NCBI GenBank assembly: GCA_002633005.1
Contig: NMRA01000010.1
Location: 1,206,443 to 1,270,442, forward strand
DNA: 64,000 nucleotides
Direction: 5' to 3'
DNA from: Phoronis australis
Taxonomy: Eukaryota; Animalia; Phoronida
The notes under the pieces are model-generated. The model made no database searches and was not told where the DNA came from. It was given only the letters and a program-made list of their open reading frames with translations. This document shows, one piece after another, positions 38,740 to 52,299 of the stretch. Position 1 is the first letter of the stretch. Each line of letters begins with the position of its first letter. Both the position numbers and the translations under genes were made by a program.

Positions 38740-40090
38740 CCGCCAAACTGCTCAAGGGATCATTGTAAAAATTGGCAGATGTACCTGATGAGAAGGAAGC
38801 ACCTGAGGTTAATTTTTGGGCGGATTTGACAACTTTGGCATCTTGTAGTGGCAATTTTGTTTTTTGCGTCCAGGGAGAGGATCTTTCATGGGCGCACGTC
38901 AACTGCCCATCGTTGTTCTTGTTGCCAAGTGAGAACAGGTCAAGTATGAGGCAATTTTGCTTCGTAGTTTTTATATGCCCACACATTCATTGTCGCATAT
39001 TGCCGTCATCTCTGTCTGGCCTCGGCGGCTGTATTTCCTAAACGCCTTGCAGGATCTTATTGAAATTTTCTCAGGTGTGTTTCTATGGGGTTGACGACAG
39101 AGGGCGACGAGTTTCGGACCGACCCGAATACCGCTGTGCCCCCTAGTGGCAATTTTAGGTTTTTACATTTGTTTGCATCTTCATGATGAAGTTTGGCACT
39201 TAGGTATCTGCTAATGAGTTGACGCAAGCCTCCCGTTTTCGGATGGATTCGAGGCATTCTGCGCCATCTAATGGCCCTTTTTACTATTTTGGAGTGTGTT
39301 TTTTTGGCGTTCGCCCCTCTAACAAACAAACCACTCTAAGGATGACTGAAAATTGGCATGTACTTACTATGAAGAAGACAGTTGATGATTTTTCGACTAC
39401 TTTGGCGCCTCCTAGTGGAAGTTTTTTTGCGCCCATGGCTGTATCTCCTTAACGCTGTACGGGTTCTTTATTAAATTAAGCAAATGTATTGATATGAAGT
39501 CGACAATGGACGACGACAACTTTCGGACAGATCGGTCTACCGGTGTGCCTTCTAGTGGCACTTTTAGTTTTTTATGTTTACCTCTGTATTTTCAAAGGTT
39601 CTCAACGGATTTCCATAAAATTGGGCATATAGATATCTATTAGTGAGATGACGTTAGCTATTCATCTTCAGATTTATTCAAGATATTTTGCGCCACCTAG
39701 TGGCCATTTTTTGTTGTCGCGTCTGGTTTTTGTCTGTCCCTGTGTCAACCAAACTATTCTAAGGATGATTGTGAAAGTTTGGGACGGTTGACGATGATTT
39801 TCCGTCGACTTCGACTACTGTAGCGCCTCGTTTTTTGCACCCATACCTGTATCTCCAAAGCCCTCTGCAGGATCTTTATTAAATTTAGGGTGTGTATTTA
39901 TATGAAATTAACGAGAGAAGACGACGAGTTTTAGACAGATCCGACGAACACTGTGCCCCCTAGAGGCAATTTCTTTTTTTTTTCTGTTTCTCTGAAGTTC
40001 CTTGAGGAATTTTAATGAAATTTGGTAAATGGCTTTCTTTTACATTTCTGGTTTTCAGACGGATTCGACGTATTTTGGCCATTTTGGTGA
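38740..40090. repeat. Diverged array of about 130-145 bp monomers, each with a GCGCCNCCTAGTGGC-like core
   Basis: Cores near 39136, 39260, 39403, 39544, 39690, 39821 and 39952, with recurring gacgacg..tttcggac.gatc and tttt.at.aaattt motifs. Confidence 0.8.
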
Positions 40091-41125
40091 TACAAATAAA
40101 CAACCCTAAAAGCACACCATTTGCGATGAATTCGTGGGCGCCTTTCAAGGCTCCACATTGCTCTTATTTTAATTTAGTTTTTTTAAATGTAAAGTGCTAT
40201 ACTTCCATTTTTTATAAAATGTTAAGGTGACGACAGAAGTGTACTTGGCTTGCCTGTAGGAATGTCACTTTTTACCTTGCACTTGAAATGTAACATCAGC
40301 TTGACACCAGACGTATTTTAAAGTAGTGGTTTAGCCCCAAACCCCATGTCTGTCCTGCCTGTGGTTTTCCATCGCTGACAGGGATTTTTGATGGTGTACT
40401 GTACACTGTACATGTCTAACGAATTAAGGTGCTTAAAGCACATGTAAACATTGTTTACATGTGCTTTGTTTAACAAAGACCGATGTTTTGGAGAGCAAGT
40501 TTAACCGTAGTAGGCTATAACTGGAATGGAACAGGTTAACTCATACGAATTCGGAAAAAATTCCCCAGCTGGCGTGGCATACCGGTCTCCAATGTTATTT
40601 CGATTACCCCTCAAGAACATGTACCTGCTCGCATTCTTTCGGAATCTTCTTAAAATTTCATACAGTAAATGATGAATTTTAAAAAATATCGCAACTCATT
40701 AACAAGCTGCTGTTCGAAAGGCGTGCTGTGTGTGCGCGTTTAGCTTTCATACTGTATTGCCATGGACGGCCCAACATGCCGACGACCGAGGTTATTTTTT
40801 TTCTTTCTGGTAAGCTGCAAGGTCTCACTTACATGTTTATGAATCTACGGAAATCGATTAAAGCCAATCCTGTAAAACATTGATGATACTCTCACAAATG
40901 GCAAAGTGCACCAGTGTGTGAGTGAGGAGAATACGAGACAAGCGTACGGAACCTTGAAAATCATTACACGACAGCGCTCCTTTTGCGTACGTGTAGGTCG
41001 CCAATGCGACCTCGGATTGTGTTTGGCGACCTGGAAAAAATCTTATGACGCCACGAAGCCGCCATTGCGAATATCAAAGTCAGGCAATAATTCCCCTTAA
41101 GTTCGTTTCAAAGTTAGTGTTGACC

Positions 41126-41273
41126 CAGGGGCGGATCATGGATTTTGAGTTAGGGGGGGCAGGGCTGAATATTAGCCAGGATTTTGCCCGTCGGACATTC
41201 GCAGCCCCGAACTGCTTAATAGAATCTGGGAGAATTTTAGGTGGGGCATGGCCCCCCTCTAAATCCGCCACTG
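41126..41273. mobile_element. Short hAT-like MITE, 5-bp TSD TGACC
   Basis: TGACC|CAGGGGCGGAT ... ATCCGCCACTG|TGACC. Confidence 0.8.
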
Positions 41274-41764
41274 TGACCTGCGAGCCTTATATTATTCGAA
41301 GATTTTCCTGTATTTGTTACACGTGGTTCGCAATTTTTCCGCTTATTTTGTGAAATCAGTACATTTACCACCACAGCAGTGCACACGTCAAACGCGTTTA
41401 AATTACAACAGGCAGTAAACAGATGGAAGTCGGGATTGTTCGGCAAAAATCTGACAAGATCGGTGAAAAGGACGCGCCACCAGTGTGTGCGGTCGTCTGC
41501 TTTCAATGTCCATTCGACGGCGAGAGGAATTGAGTTAGCTTGAGAGTGCCCTACTTATACTGGGATAAATTGGCGAGTTCCGCGTACGATTCTGAAAATG
41601 GAGCACGGGCGCCTTTTTATACGCCCACATATTTCAGACCCGTAGGGAGACGGAAATTATTGGGGGGAGGGGTGTCATTTCTCCAGAATACCACCTTCCT
41701 GTCGCCAGCACCTGGCACGCCTCTCCCTGTTTCCCCAAAGCCCATGGTCAAATAGGAACATTAT

Positions 41765-44079
41765 CTCTTAGACCGCCTTGGAATTCTCTCGCCCATAGAC
41801 GAACCCACTGAATGGTGCAGCCAAATGTCTGTTCAAACGAACCACGATGGTTCTTTACGTATTTGCCTGGACCCTGGACCACTCAACAAGGCTCTTCGGC
41901 GTGACACATTCCAGCTTCCAAACATGGACAGCATTCTAATTCTTCCCGGAGACTCACAAGCTAAAGTTCTGTCCAGTTTGGATCTTAAGTCTGGCTACTG
42001 GTATTGCAAACTAGCTCTTTACATTTGTTACTCCGTGGGGTCGTTTTCGATGGGCCTGTATGCCTTGCGGGTAGGCTGTATCCATTGAAATCTTTCTGGA
42101 AAGACTTTTGGAAGCTTTAGAAGGTCTTGTTGGAGTTGTCCTGTGTCGCAGATGATGTTTTGTTGATAGGGCGCGACAACTTAATAGCACCAATCTCAAA
42201 AACCTGCTTCGCCGTGCAGCTGAGCGCAATCTCTCATTCAACCTTAGCAAGTGCAAATTCCGTGTACCAGAACTCAAAGTGATCGTGCTAGACCACATGA
42301 CCAGCAAGGTGTTCAGCGTCTTCAGGGTACGGTAGGGTATCTGGCTAAAATTCCTACCTCGGTTATCCTCGGTCCATTCGTCGATAAGGGCATCCAGAGG
42401 CAGTTTGGGAATGGACTGACGAATGTTAGCAAGCCTTCACCGAGATCAAGTCTCGTGTCCTCTGCACCTGTCCCTGCGTATTATGACCCTGACAAAGAGC
42501 TCGTGGTGGAATTTGATTCCTCTGAGAGAGGCCTCGGTGCTGCGTTGTTACAAGGTGGCAGGCCTATATTTTGCTTATGCATCAAGAGCTCTGACTCTTG
42601 CAGAGGCTAGATATACTTCCATAGAGCGGGAATGTCTTGTTGTGTACGCTGTCGAAAGATTTCATCAAGTTACTTTCGGCTGAAGAGTCATAGTGATATC
42701 TCATCACAAGCCTTTAGAGGCGTTGGCGCAGAAGCCCATATGCAAGTCCCCTTGGCGATTGTAAGAAATGTTCATGAGAATACATAACTATAATGTTGAG
42801 ATTCAGTGGCAACCTGATAAACGTATGTTTATGTCTGATATGCTGTCAAGAGCGACCACTCAGAAACCCACTGCTGAGGAAGCATTGTCGTATGTTAGTT
42901 CTGTGACATGGCTTCCAGTATCTCACGATCGACTTGCTGAACTGCAACTGAGCACTAAGTCAGATTTAATCCTTCAGCAACTCGCTATTGTCATAAGTAA
43001 TATATTGCCTCAGAAAAAAGACGATCTTCCACTGTCACTTCGACCTTCGCCACTCGTGACGAGTACTCTCTGAGTGATGGACTGATTTTCCAGAGGGTAA
43101 AGAGTTGCCCCTTTTCGCATGCCGGGCAGAAATGAAGAATCTCCTTCATGAGCCACATCTCGGTGTTGAAATCACGTAAAGTAGGGCACGAGAATACTTA
43201 TGCTGGCCTGGGATGACTGATGAAATAAAACAGCTCATTCAACAGTGTGATGCTTGCAGAACTTACGAGAGATCACAGCCAAAGAAATCCTTGCGCTCAC
43301 ACGATACCCCTTTCGTCCCTGGAAAAGGGTAGGCGACTACCACATTCTTGTAGATTACTACTCTAACTTCTGGGAGGTGGGTCGTCTTCCTTCATTGTCT
43401 GTGTCCGTCATCATTAAGAAGATAAAACCACGTTTTGCTCGTTATGGAATTGCTTCCGTGATCCTGGCAGATCCAGGAAGTCGGTACACCAGCACGGAAT
43501 ACCGATCTTTCATACACAAGTGGGACTGTACACATCTCGATGAGTTCACTCAAATACTTCCTGTCAATCGGAAAGGTCGAGGCAGCGGTCAAGGCAGTCA
43601 AGACTTTACTTCGCAAGACAGTGTAATAGATCTCAGGCGGATCCTCTTTGGCTATTGTGGAGTCGCGTAATAACCCACAGCAAGGTGTGTGCTGTAGCCC
43701 AGCTCAACGATTTCTCGGTCGTCGCTCACGTTCTCTGGTGCCTGTCACAGCCACACTGTTAGCTCCACGTGACGAGGTCTCACACTCTACCTTACCTTCT
43801 GGAAGGTGACTGCGAATTCAACCAACTCAACTTGGCTATAGGGAGTGGGAGAAAGGATTTTTGACAAAGCAACTTGGTGACAGGTCTTCGGAAGTGCAAA
43901 CCCCTAGGGTATGCTACAAACGCAATTTAGTACTCCTCCGCAAGTCCTATGAACCTCCATCCTCTGCTTCACAAACCCGCGTTGCTGTAACATCTAGTGA
44001 CTCTACAACACATGTTCTCGACAGACCAGTGCGTGATCGACGACCACCATCCTACTTAAAGGACAGAGTCGCGGCTTAG
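41765..44079 (+). mobile_element. Degenerate Ty3/Gypsy LTR retrotransposon pol (RT, RNase H, integrase)
   Basis: EPTEWCSQM..GSLRICLDP..LNKALRR, LDLKSGYW, TPWGRFRW; YDPDKELVVEFDSSERGLGAALLQ, AYASRALT..ERECL; LHEPHLG..WPGM..CDAC; VDYYSNFWEV. Many stops and frameshifts; no LTR pair identified. Confidence 0.93.
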
Positions 44080-45179
44080 TGTGCTTCATGTGGGGACCAC
44101 TAGTTCTTAGCTATAGACTTCTTCTATCTAGTTCCAATTCTGTTTTTTTCATTATTTTTTCGGGAGGATATTTCGATATTATTTATTTTTATCGCCAATC
44201 AATAGATGGCATTGCTAGTATCGAGTTAGCCTCTTTCTCGTTCTGAAATAAGTGTCATGTCGACAAGCACGTAAATGTTTTATGCGCACTAATTCCGGTC
44301 AGTCTTGAAACAAAAGGAGTGACAGTTCATTGCATCGTCGGGTGAGAAGAAATGACCTTCCTCAACATGAAAGACGGTTGCACGATTTCACAAAAACAGG
44401 AAAATAGAGATAATCGATTTCAACATTGGGCCTTCTCTATATTTTCAAATATCAGGAAATGTACAGCAATTGATGTTATCTGTCAGGTAATCAGTTTTTC
44501 TCAAGTGATATGCTATTTCGAGAAAAACGAAAACAACGAAAAATAGAGCGACAGATGTTTTCGTTATCACTTGCCACAGAGGGGCCTGGATTTAAAATTT
44601 TCTTGATTTTTTAAATTACATATATGAATGATTAAGTGTACGTTTTCAAGTGCGTTTAGAAAACCTTTGCTGCAAAAAGGGGGACCCAAACAACGTCTGG
44701 TCAGGACCCGTGCACTGATACTAAGTTGTCAAATGTTCTCTTGAATTTCCTCTCTTGGCGTATTGGCAGTCTTCTCGACTGTCCCCGACCCCATACCTAT
44801 GTCGGTTGGCACGGTTTAACCATGACATTAAGGCGCCTGCAAATGTTTTTGGAGGCCCTTTCCCCTACCTGCTTCCTACGGCCCTGTATTTAAAAAACAC
44901 TATACGGATGTATGCCTGACTGGAAGCATGTGGACATATAAATATATGGACGTCCTAATACTAAAAGGCTAAATGACATCTACCAATCTAGCCCGTTTTT
45001 TTTGCTGGAGCAGAAGTAACTGAACACTTGCTTATTAATGTTGGACTAGATTAACAGTATTCAGTAGTCGTGCATCGTTGATAGGCTATAAACGGATCAG
45101 ATGTAACAAAAAAGCCAAGCTCTCGAGCTTGATACGCGGACATTAACGCCCGGCGTCCGCTGTACTTCTATCTTCAATA

Positions 45180-46620
45180 CCCTTTTGATGCATGCTTATG
45201 AAATTTTCCACATGGATTGTACAGCATGAGCGAACTTTCGGACGGATCGACTACCGGTGTGCCCACTAGTGGCAGTTTTATTATTTTTGTTTACTTCTGT
45301 ATCTTCAAAGGCCCTCAACGGATTTTCATCAAATTTCTTAGATAGGCATCTATTAGTATGGCGACGCTATATTCCCGTTTTTGTCGATGGATTTGAGGTA
45401 TATTGCGCCTCCTAGGGGCCATTTTTACTGGGTTTTTTGGGGTCCGCCCAAACCCCTCTAAGGATGTTTGTGAAAGTTGGCACATATGTCACTACTGTGA
45501 AAAAACGACTGAGTGATTTTCCAACGACTCCACTACTGTGGCGCTGCCTTGTTGCAGTTTTTTGAGCCCATAGCTTTATCTCCTAAACCTTCTGGAGTTA
45601 ACAAGTGTTTTCATATGAAGTCGACAACGGACGACGACGGCTTTTGAACGGATCCGACGAACGCTGTATCCCTTTGTGGCACTTTCATTATTTTCCATTT
45701 TCCTCTGTTTCTCTGAAGTTCCTTGACGGATTTTTATGAAATCCGGTATATAGTTTTCTATTAAAGAAAGGTTCATGGACATGTTCCCGTTTTCGGATGG
45801 ATTTGGCGTATTTTGCACCATCTAGTGGCCACTTTTTGTGTTTTACATTCTGGTTTTGGCGTCTGCCCCTCTATTAATGAAATCACTCTAAGGGTGATTT
45901 TGAAAATTGGCGTTCATGTTTCTACTGTGAAGAGGACGGCTGATGATTTTCGGACGACTCTGACAACTGTGGCGCCTCCTAGTGACAGTTTTTTGCGTCT
46001 ATGGCTACTCTCCCAAACCCTCTTCGGGATCTTTAGTAAAGTTGGCAAGTGCATGTATATGTAGCTGACAAGAGACAACGACGAAGAGACATTTGTAAGA
46101 ATCCGACGACGCTGGGAAATTTATTATTTTGTTGTCCTCTGTATCTTTGAAACTCCTCGGTAGATTTATATGAAATTTAATTAACAGGTTTCTCTTAAAG
46201 ATTCGACAGGTTCCCATTTTCGGATAGATTTGACGTATAGTGGCCGTTTTTATTATAATGAAATTTTGCTTATAGGTTTCTATTGTGGAGACAACGACGC
46301 CTACCCATTTTCGGGCGGATTTGACGCATTCTGCGCCACTTGGTGGCCATTTTAAAAATGTTCGAGTACGTTTTTGATATCACCTTCTCCATATACCAAA
46401 GCGGGAGGATCATTATAAAATTTAGAGATGTGTTCCTGATGAGAAGACCGAAGTTGACGTTGATTTTTGGACATGTTCAACTACTCTGGCAAACCCAAGT
46501 GGCAATTTAATTTTTTCTTTCACAGCTTTAATCTCTTTTACCCTTTGCAAGATCTTTCTGAAATTTAGCAGATTTGTTCCAGTGGAGATGGCAACAGGTG
46601 ACGGCCACTTTCCGTCCAAT
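45180..46620. repeat. Second block of the roughly 140-bp CCTAGTGGC monomer array
   Basis: Cores near 45259, 45404, 45540, 45665, 45814, 45970, 46331 and 46488, in the same orientation as the 38.7-40.1 kb block. Confidence 0.8.
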
Positions 46621-47019
46621 CCCACTACATGTACAGCTGTGCTGACACAGGTTTTAGGACGCTCACGGATGTTGCGATCACTGGCACTGTCCTATTTCTT
46701 TTCTTTCTAGAGATGGACTTTTGGGTACCCACACTTAGAAAGAGCATAACTTTTTACCTAAACATCAGTCAAGAATGAATGGACTCACCGGATACAGCCC
46801 AAGAGTTATTATCTCTGCGGCGAAGGATGCTAAAATTGTGTCTCCGATGAGTGGCCAGCAATCACTGGTACGGTGCGCGGCTTTAGACAATTTCTCTTTC
46901 TCTTCCATCGACAGAGTCACCAACGATACATTTAGCCCTATGAAAGAAAGTGCGTATCACTCCATACTTTTGCTCCAAAAGCTACATGTAGGTACTGACC
47001 TGTATGGGTCGGTGGCTGC

Positions 47020-49000
47020 TTTCACGTACCTGGAAGGGGTGTCTGGAAAATACAACGAATATGCAAGCAATTTAATATCAGTGTTACATAAACGAGATAG
47101 AACCCTGACACAACTCTTTGCGAACCCCAAAGACAAGCAGGAAAAGGATCGCATTAGTGGGGTTGTCTATGATATTCACTGTTAAGGAGAACAATGCGAG
47201 GAGGTTTGTGTGGGCAAGACTGTGCAACCGCTCAAGAAACGGATGTATCAACATAGACGGGCTGCGGGGGAAGGACTTGCATTAGCTGTCGGCATTTTTT
47301 GTCTCAGGGTGCAAATCTTGATTTTTTATGTTATGTAATCATATTGACAGAATTCCTTCACCTCTGACAGATATTTTTATGTTGATGTTGTTTTAGCACC
47401 ACCGGTACTTATGACATTTACGCATTTTAAAGTACGAAAACATGTTAGTTATGGCAAAAGTAATCCTTCATGTAGCTAAAAATAGCCAGAAATCCATCGT
47501 TATTTTGTTTTGTTGAAACACTGCACGTTCTTAATACACATGACATTTAATTGAATCACACATTTAATTGAAATTTGATGTTTTTGTGATCTTAACATGT
47601 GTTTCTTGTTTTTCTTCAGGTGATTGCAGGAATCTGAAAAGTAAAACACAATTTTCAGGCACACTTGCAAAACGAGGTCAGTGTTATGCAAGACACCAAA
47701 TTTGCATGACTTGTGCTCCTTCTCTTACAGCCATGGTGAAAAAGAAAAGCATTACTTACTAGTGTTTTGAACTGTGTTTTTTAATGGTTGATTGTATATA
47801 GAATTTGATTTATAAACCACAAATTCGTACCAGATGTCCTGGTGATTGGATTCCTCAACCAAATATTAATATCACCGTCACCTAAGAAAAACTGTATTCT
47901 CCGTAGCTCTGCCTGAATTCCATTAAATTCTTCCGTTAATAAAAGATATATGATGCTGAACATTGGGAATCTTGAAGCTATCTTTGGCCCACAAAAATAT
48001 TAGACCAAGCCCTGGATTTGAATTGGTCATAAGCAAAAATGTCTTTCTTATCCTCCGTAGCTCCTGTATTCTCCGTAGCCCCCAACTTTGAATTGTTAGT
48101 TCATGGTTTGAAAAAAAAACTTGTATCTAGGTGCATTTAGTGAGGAAATGGAGACAAATAAACTCTCCAACACAAGATTTTTTTATTTTTGGGTGGGCTT
48201 TGAAACAAGTTTAGCTAAAATTACTTTTTCGGCTTAAACTCATTGTTAATAAAACATGGATGTTCTTTGGTCAATCAGAAGTGTTGGTATTAACAAGTAA
48301 ATGAATTCTTTTCCATTGCTCAAGTGTTCATTCGCAGGTATCTGCCTATTTTATATTCTCCGTAGCCCCATCCATGACCTCTGTGCTATGTGAGATTTAT
48401 GCATGCAATGTTTGCTGATGATGAAACGTGTTTTCCTGTATTTCTTTTATGGTAGTTAATGGAATTAGGCATTCCTTTTGACAGTGATTTTGACTCTGAT
48501 GATAGTTAAGTGCTAAGTATGTCTAAGGATTAAGTACAATAGCTATGTTTTATATGTATACTCACGCCTTGTGAAGCGTACACAGGTGTGAACCTAGTTT
48601 TTATGTTGATGTTCAGTAATTAAGTACATGAGTTACCAATAATATACTTTCTTGTTCCTAAGCTAGATTTAAGTCTTTTTTCCAAAATGGATGTGACGAT
48701 ACCAATGATGTATTCTCCGTAGCCCACTTTTTTCTTTGTTATTTTAACAGGCCAAATCTCAAAATGAGGATACTTCACAGAAATTTAATCTGATATTCCA
48801 TATACCATGTTGATTCCAGTAAAAGAAGTCTCAAAGCTAAAACGAAAACTTCATAAAATGCCATTTCCGAAACAAAAGTGTGCACTCTGGGTAAAAAAAT
48901 GCCGTGACATGTATAATCACCTGTATGAACACACTCGTGAGTTCAGAAACGAAAATTTAGAGATCCTGTGCAAGGAAAGGAATTGGGTTGACATGGGCCG
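47020..49000 (+). mobile_element. Penelope-like element GIY-YIG endonuclease relic, split by a DNA transposon
   Basis: LFANPKDK..SGVVYDIHC*GEQCEEVCVGKTVQPLKKRMYQHRR..LAV (to 47289) continues as YNHLYEHTREFRNENLEILCKERNW (from about 48912). Confidence 0.8.
47290..48904. mobile_element. Non-autonomous TIR DNA transposon with internal TATTCTCCGTAGC repeats
   Basis: CGGCATTTTTTGTCTCAGGGTGCA versus TGCACTCTGGGTAAAAAAATGCCG; motif copies near 47894, 48050, 48067, 48353 and 48711. Confidence 0.75.
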
Positions 49001-49981
49001 CGCAGCTCTGAAGAAAGTGGGGTCTATAGCCCCCCCCCCAGCCCCCTATGGTGCGCCGCCCGTTGAGAGAGGTGTGCAGGTGGCTATTTATATCGCAGCA
49101 CGATAGTCTTCGCTCAACAAACTAGGTGGCGCCAGATTTATATTATCTTCTTTTGGAACGAGAGTATTGAGGCAGTTTCGAGATCACACGTGACCAGAGT
49201 TTCATAGATTTATCTCCGTTTACATCCCATCGAAGGAGACGCGATGTCTCCGAGGATCTAGGAAATCAAAAAAGGTAATTTAGCAAACCAGTTTCAACTT
49301 TAAAATCATGAACATTCCTGGATGGCTCAAGGTCTATATTATTTTGGTAACTTAGTAGCAGCAAACACAACCTTCCGAATTTTCGACAGTTCGCACACTT
49401 GCACCTTCTTGACAAAACATCCAATTGATTAAAAGTGTTTATCTCTTCTGTTTGTCTGTTTCTCGCTCACTTTTGCGGTGCCACTCCAAAACTTCCTACC
49501 CTGTAAACTCTAGCTCAAACTGGTAGCCTGAGAATCCCAAAGGTCCACCTTCAATATACTCATTGGGCGAGAGCTCATCGACACCCGGTGATCGTTAGCA
49601 GCCATGCTAATCCGAGTTAGTACTCTCCAAGTGAAATATACTCTTACCCAAATAACGTTATCAAATTTGTTTGACTTCCTTTTTTCACCGAAGGATTGAC
49701 TGAACTTATCATCGAACGTGCTATTGTATTTTCTGCAGGTTCTCATGCAGCTTACCTTTACTCATTTGACGTCTTGCAAACACACACGATGGAGAGCATC
49801 AAAACGTAGGCTTCCTGCACGTTGCAGGAGTAGACGAAGAGAGACCACTTGGCGAACAGCAACTTCATCGTCTTCCATATTTCCTTCTCTACAAAAAGTT
49901 CGGCGAATTGGAAGTAACCTTTAAGTCTCTGGTTGTTGAAAAACATCTAGCAGCATTCAAGGCCGCCATGACTGTATTTGG

Positions 49982-50640
49982 TCAACCGTTTATAGCCAAC
50001 TGTGCAATCTCTGTATCCCGTAGACCTAAACAGAACCGAAGAACCGCCTGAGCTTCGTCAGAGTCCCTCGCCTCTGGAAAGGCCAACAAGAATAAACTTG
50101 CAAGACGGTCAGCCCATTGTCCTAAGGACTCGTCAGAAGTCTGTTTGGCTGACTGAAACCCAAGTTGGTGCACTTCATTGCACTCGATATCTGCCCCAAA
50201 GCGATAGGTTATATGATCGAAACTTGAGTGTGGATGAGCTTTAATACGGTTGGAAAACCAACGAGAGGCGCCACCTTCCAAGCACATGCCCAGCTCGGCT
50301 CTACGTTTTTGACCTGACCAAAAATTGTCTCGGGCAACATTACTGAATTTCTATAGAAAATCCTCCCATGTACCTAACTTGCCATTAAAGATTAGGTTGC
50401 GAGGGTGACGTGACAGGTAATGAATTCCAGAGCCAGAGGGCTTGTGTGACGTGCTAGTATGCGAAGAAAAGTTAGTCTTTGCATAAGCACAACCACTACG
50501 AGACTTCGACGATGGTGTCAGTTTAGCTGCCAACTTGGGATTTGAATAGTCAGGGCTAGAGGTAAGTATAGATGCTTTTTTCTTACCATATTGGTCGCAA
50601 ACCGTGACTACTTTCTCCAAATCTTGTGGCACACCGGATG
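49982..50640 (-). pseudogene. Retrotransposon gag (capsid-like) relic
   Basis: FNGKLGTWEDFL*..LGMCLEGGASRWF..FQSAKQTSDESLGQWADRLASL..AFP..RFCLGLRD matches the Gypsy-type gag pattern (QxxxES..ADRL). Confidence 0.72.
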
Positions 50641-52299
50641 GGATTATTAAGTCGACGGACTTCTGGACAGTCTTCGTTGACTTCTAATTGGAATGTATCT
50701 TACACACATTCTCCGGAGTAATAGCTGACATTGCTCTAAAGTCCATAATCTGAGCAGCAATGTCAGTGCATGGTCATACCTGGTATGTCCAACAAAGTGG
50801 CAGCATCACAAGAGTTTATTTGAACCTTGGATGCCTTGATATGGTGCCAAAAATGGCTGTGGCACTGGAGAAACAATATGTCTGCCAAGACTGAAGTAGG
50901 AATTAACAATACCCAATAATGATAAATATGAATCTATACAAATAGAAATGATATTAACAAGACAACAAATGAAAGATGAAGAAAGTAAAAAATGAAACAG
51001 GTGAACACCTGTGTTCAGTGACCAATCCGCTACGACACGGGTGGTACCGAGCGACAAAGAAACAAGATCCAGGAAGAAATTTGCATTAAATTACGCGCCA
51101 CTTGGTGTAAAAGTAGGAAAGTGCACGTAGCGACTACGCCAAATATTGTATTTACTGCAGGTTCTCGTGCATCTTACCTTTACTCATCTGACTTTTTGCA
51201 AACGATGGAGAGCATCAAAACGCAGGCTTCCTGCACGTTGCAGGACTAGACGAAGAGAGACCAGCCAGCTCCAAACATGCCCCAGTCACATGACAACACT
51301 AAACGCACAACATCCGGCCACTCACGAAAAGTAACGGACTACACGAACATACGAGTCAACACGAAAGACGAGACAACACAAATCTACATTCACTACATTG
51401 CCCAAACTCCACGGTTGGACTATGAAAGTTTTCGGAGTATCGAACCTAGCTAGCCACGCTTAAAATTTCTATAGATTAGTAACTGTGAAACGAAAAAGCA
51501 TTTTTGTTCAAAAAGTCAATGTATCCACAATGTTTTTGCATTGGCGTTTAATGTTTTAGCGGTGTATAACGATGACGTCAAGGGATAACTTTATACCGTT
51601 AAACACATGTACCTAACGGTGAACGGAGCAACAGTCTGTGTTGACACGATGAGGCCACAGATTAATTTTGATTCTTCTGCCTGCCACATGGCGTCGGAAA
51701 AAATAAAGGGCTCCGATCTCGGGCAGATCTGGTCGTCCTAAATTGGCGCAAAATACGTCTTGTTTTGGGTGGCATGCTCCTTAAGAATTCAACATCGAGT
51801 GCTAAACAGGGACGAAATTGATATTTGAATTGAAATATCATGTGAGTTACAAAAGAAAATTTGAAAATTTTGTGAGTTGGTGAGCCTAGCGCGGAGGAGC
51901 AGTATGTGAGATGGAACAGGGTTTAATATTTTTTATGACTTGGCCTGAGAACGTCGTTTTCTTTGTAACCACCATCGTCATGTGTGCTGTACACCGATAG
52001 AGAATCGATAAATACATTACGTGCAACAGCAATGATATCGTGCTTGTTATCAAACTTAGGATACGTAATCCAGCTAAAAGGACATAATCGGTTTTACAGC
52101 CCGAAAACGTGTTTTCAAGTTTATTGTTGGATAAGATACACTCCATGAAGTTTTTAGCCTTCACTAGAGAAATAAAGCAACAAAGTACGTTGTTGTTTTT
52201 TTCTGAGTTCACTACAAATCCCCAATGACTGCAATTGTCTGCCATTGGATTCCGACCGCTCACTATGGGTTCAGTGATTCCGCGTTGGGTCAGACCTAA

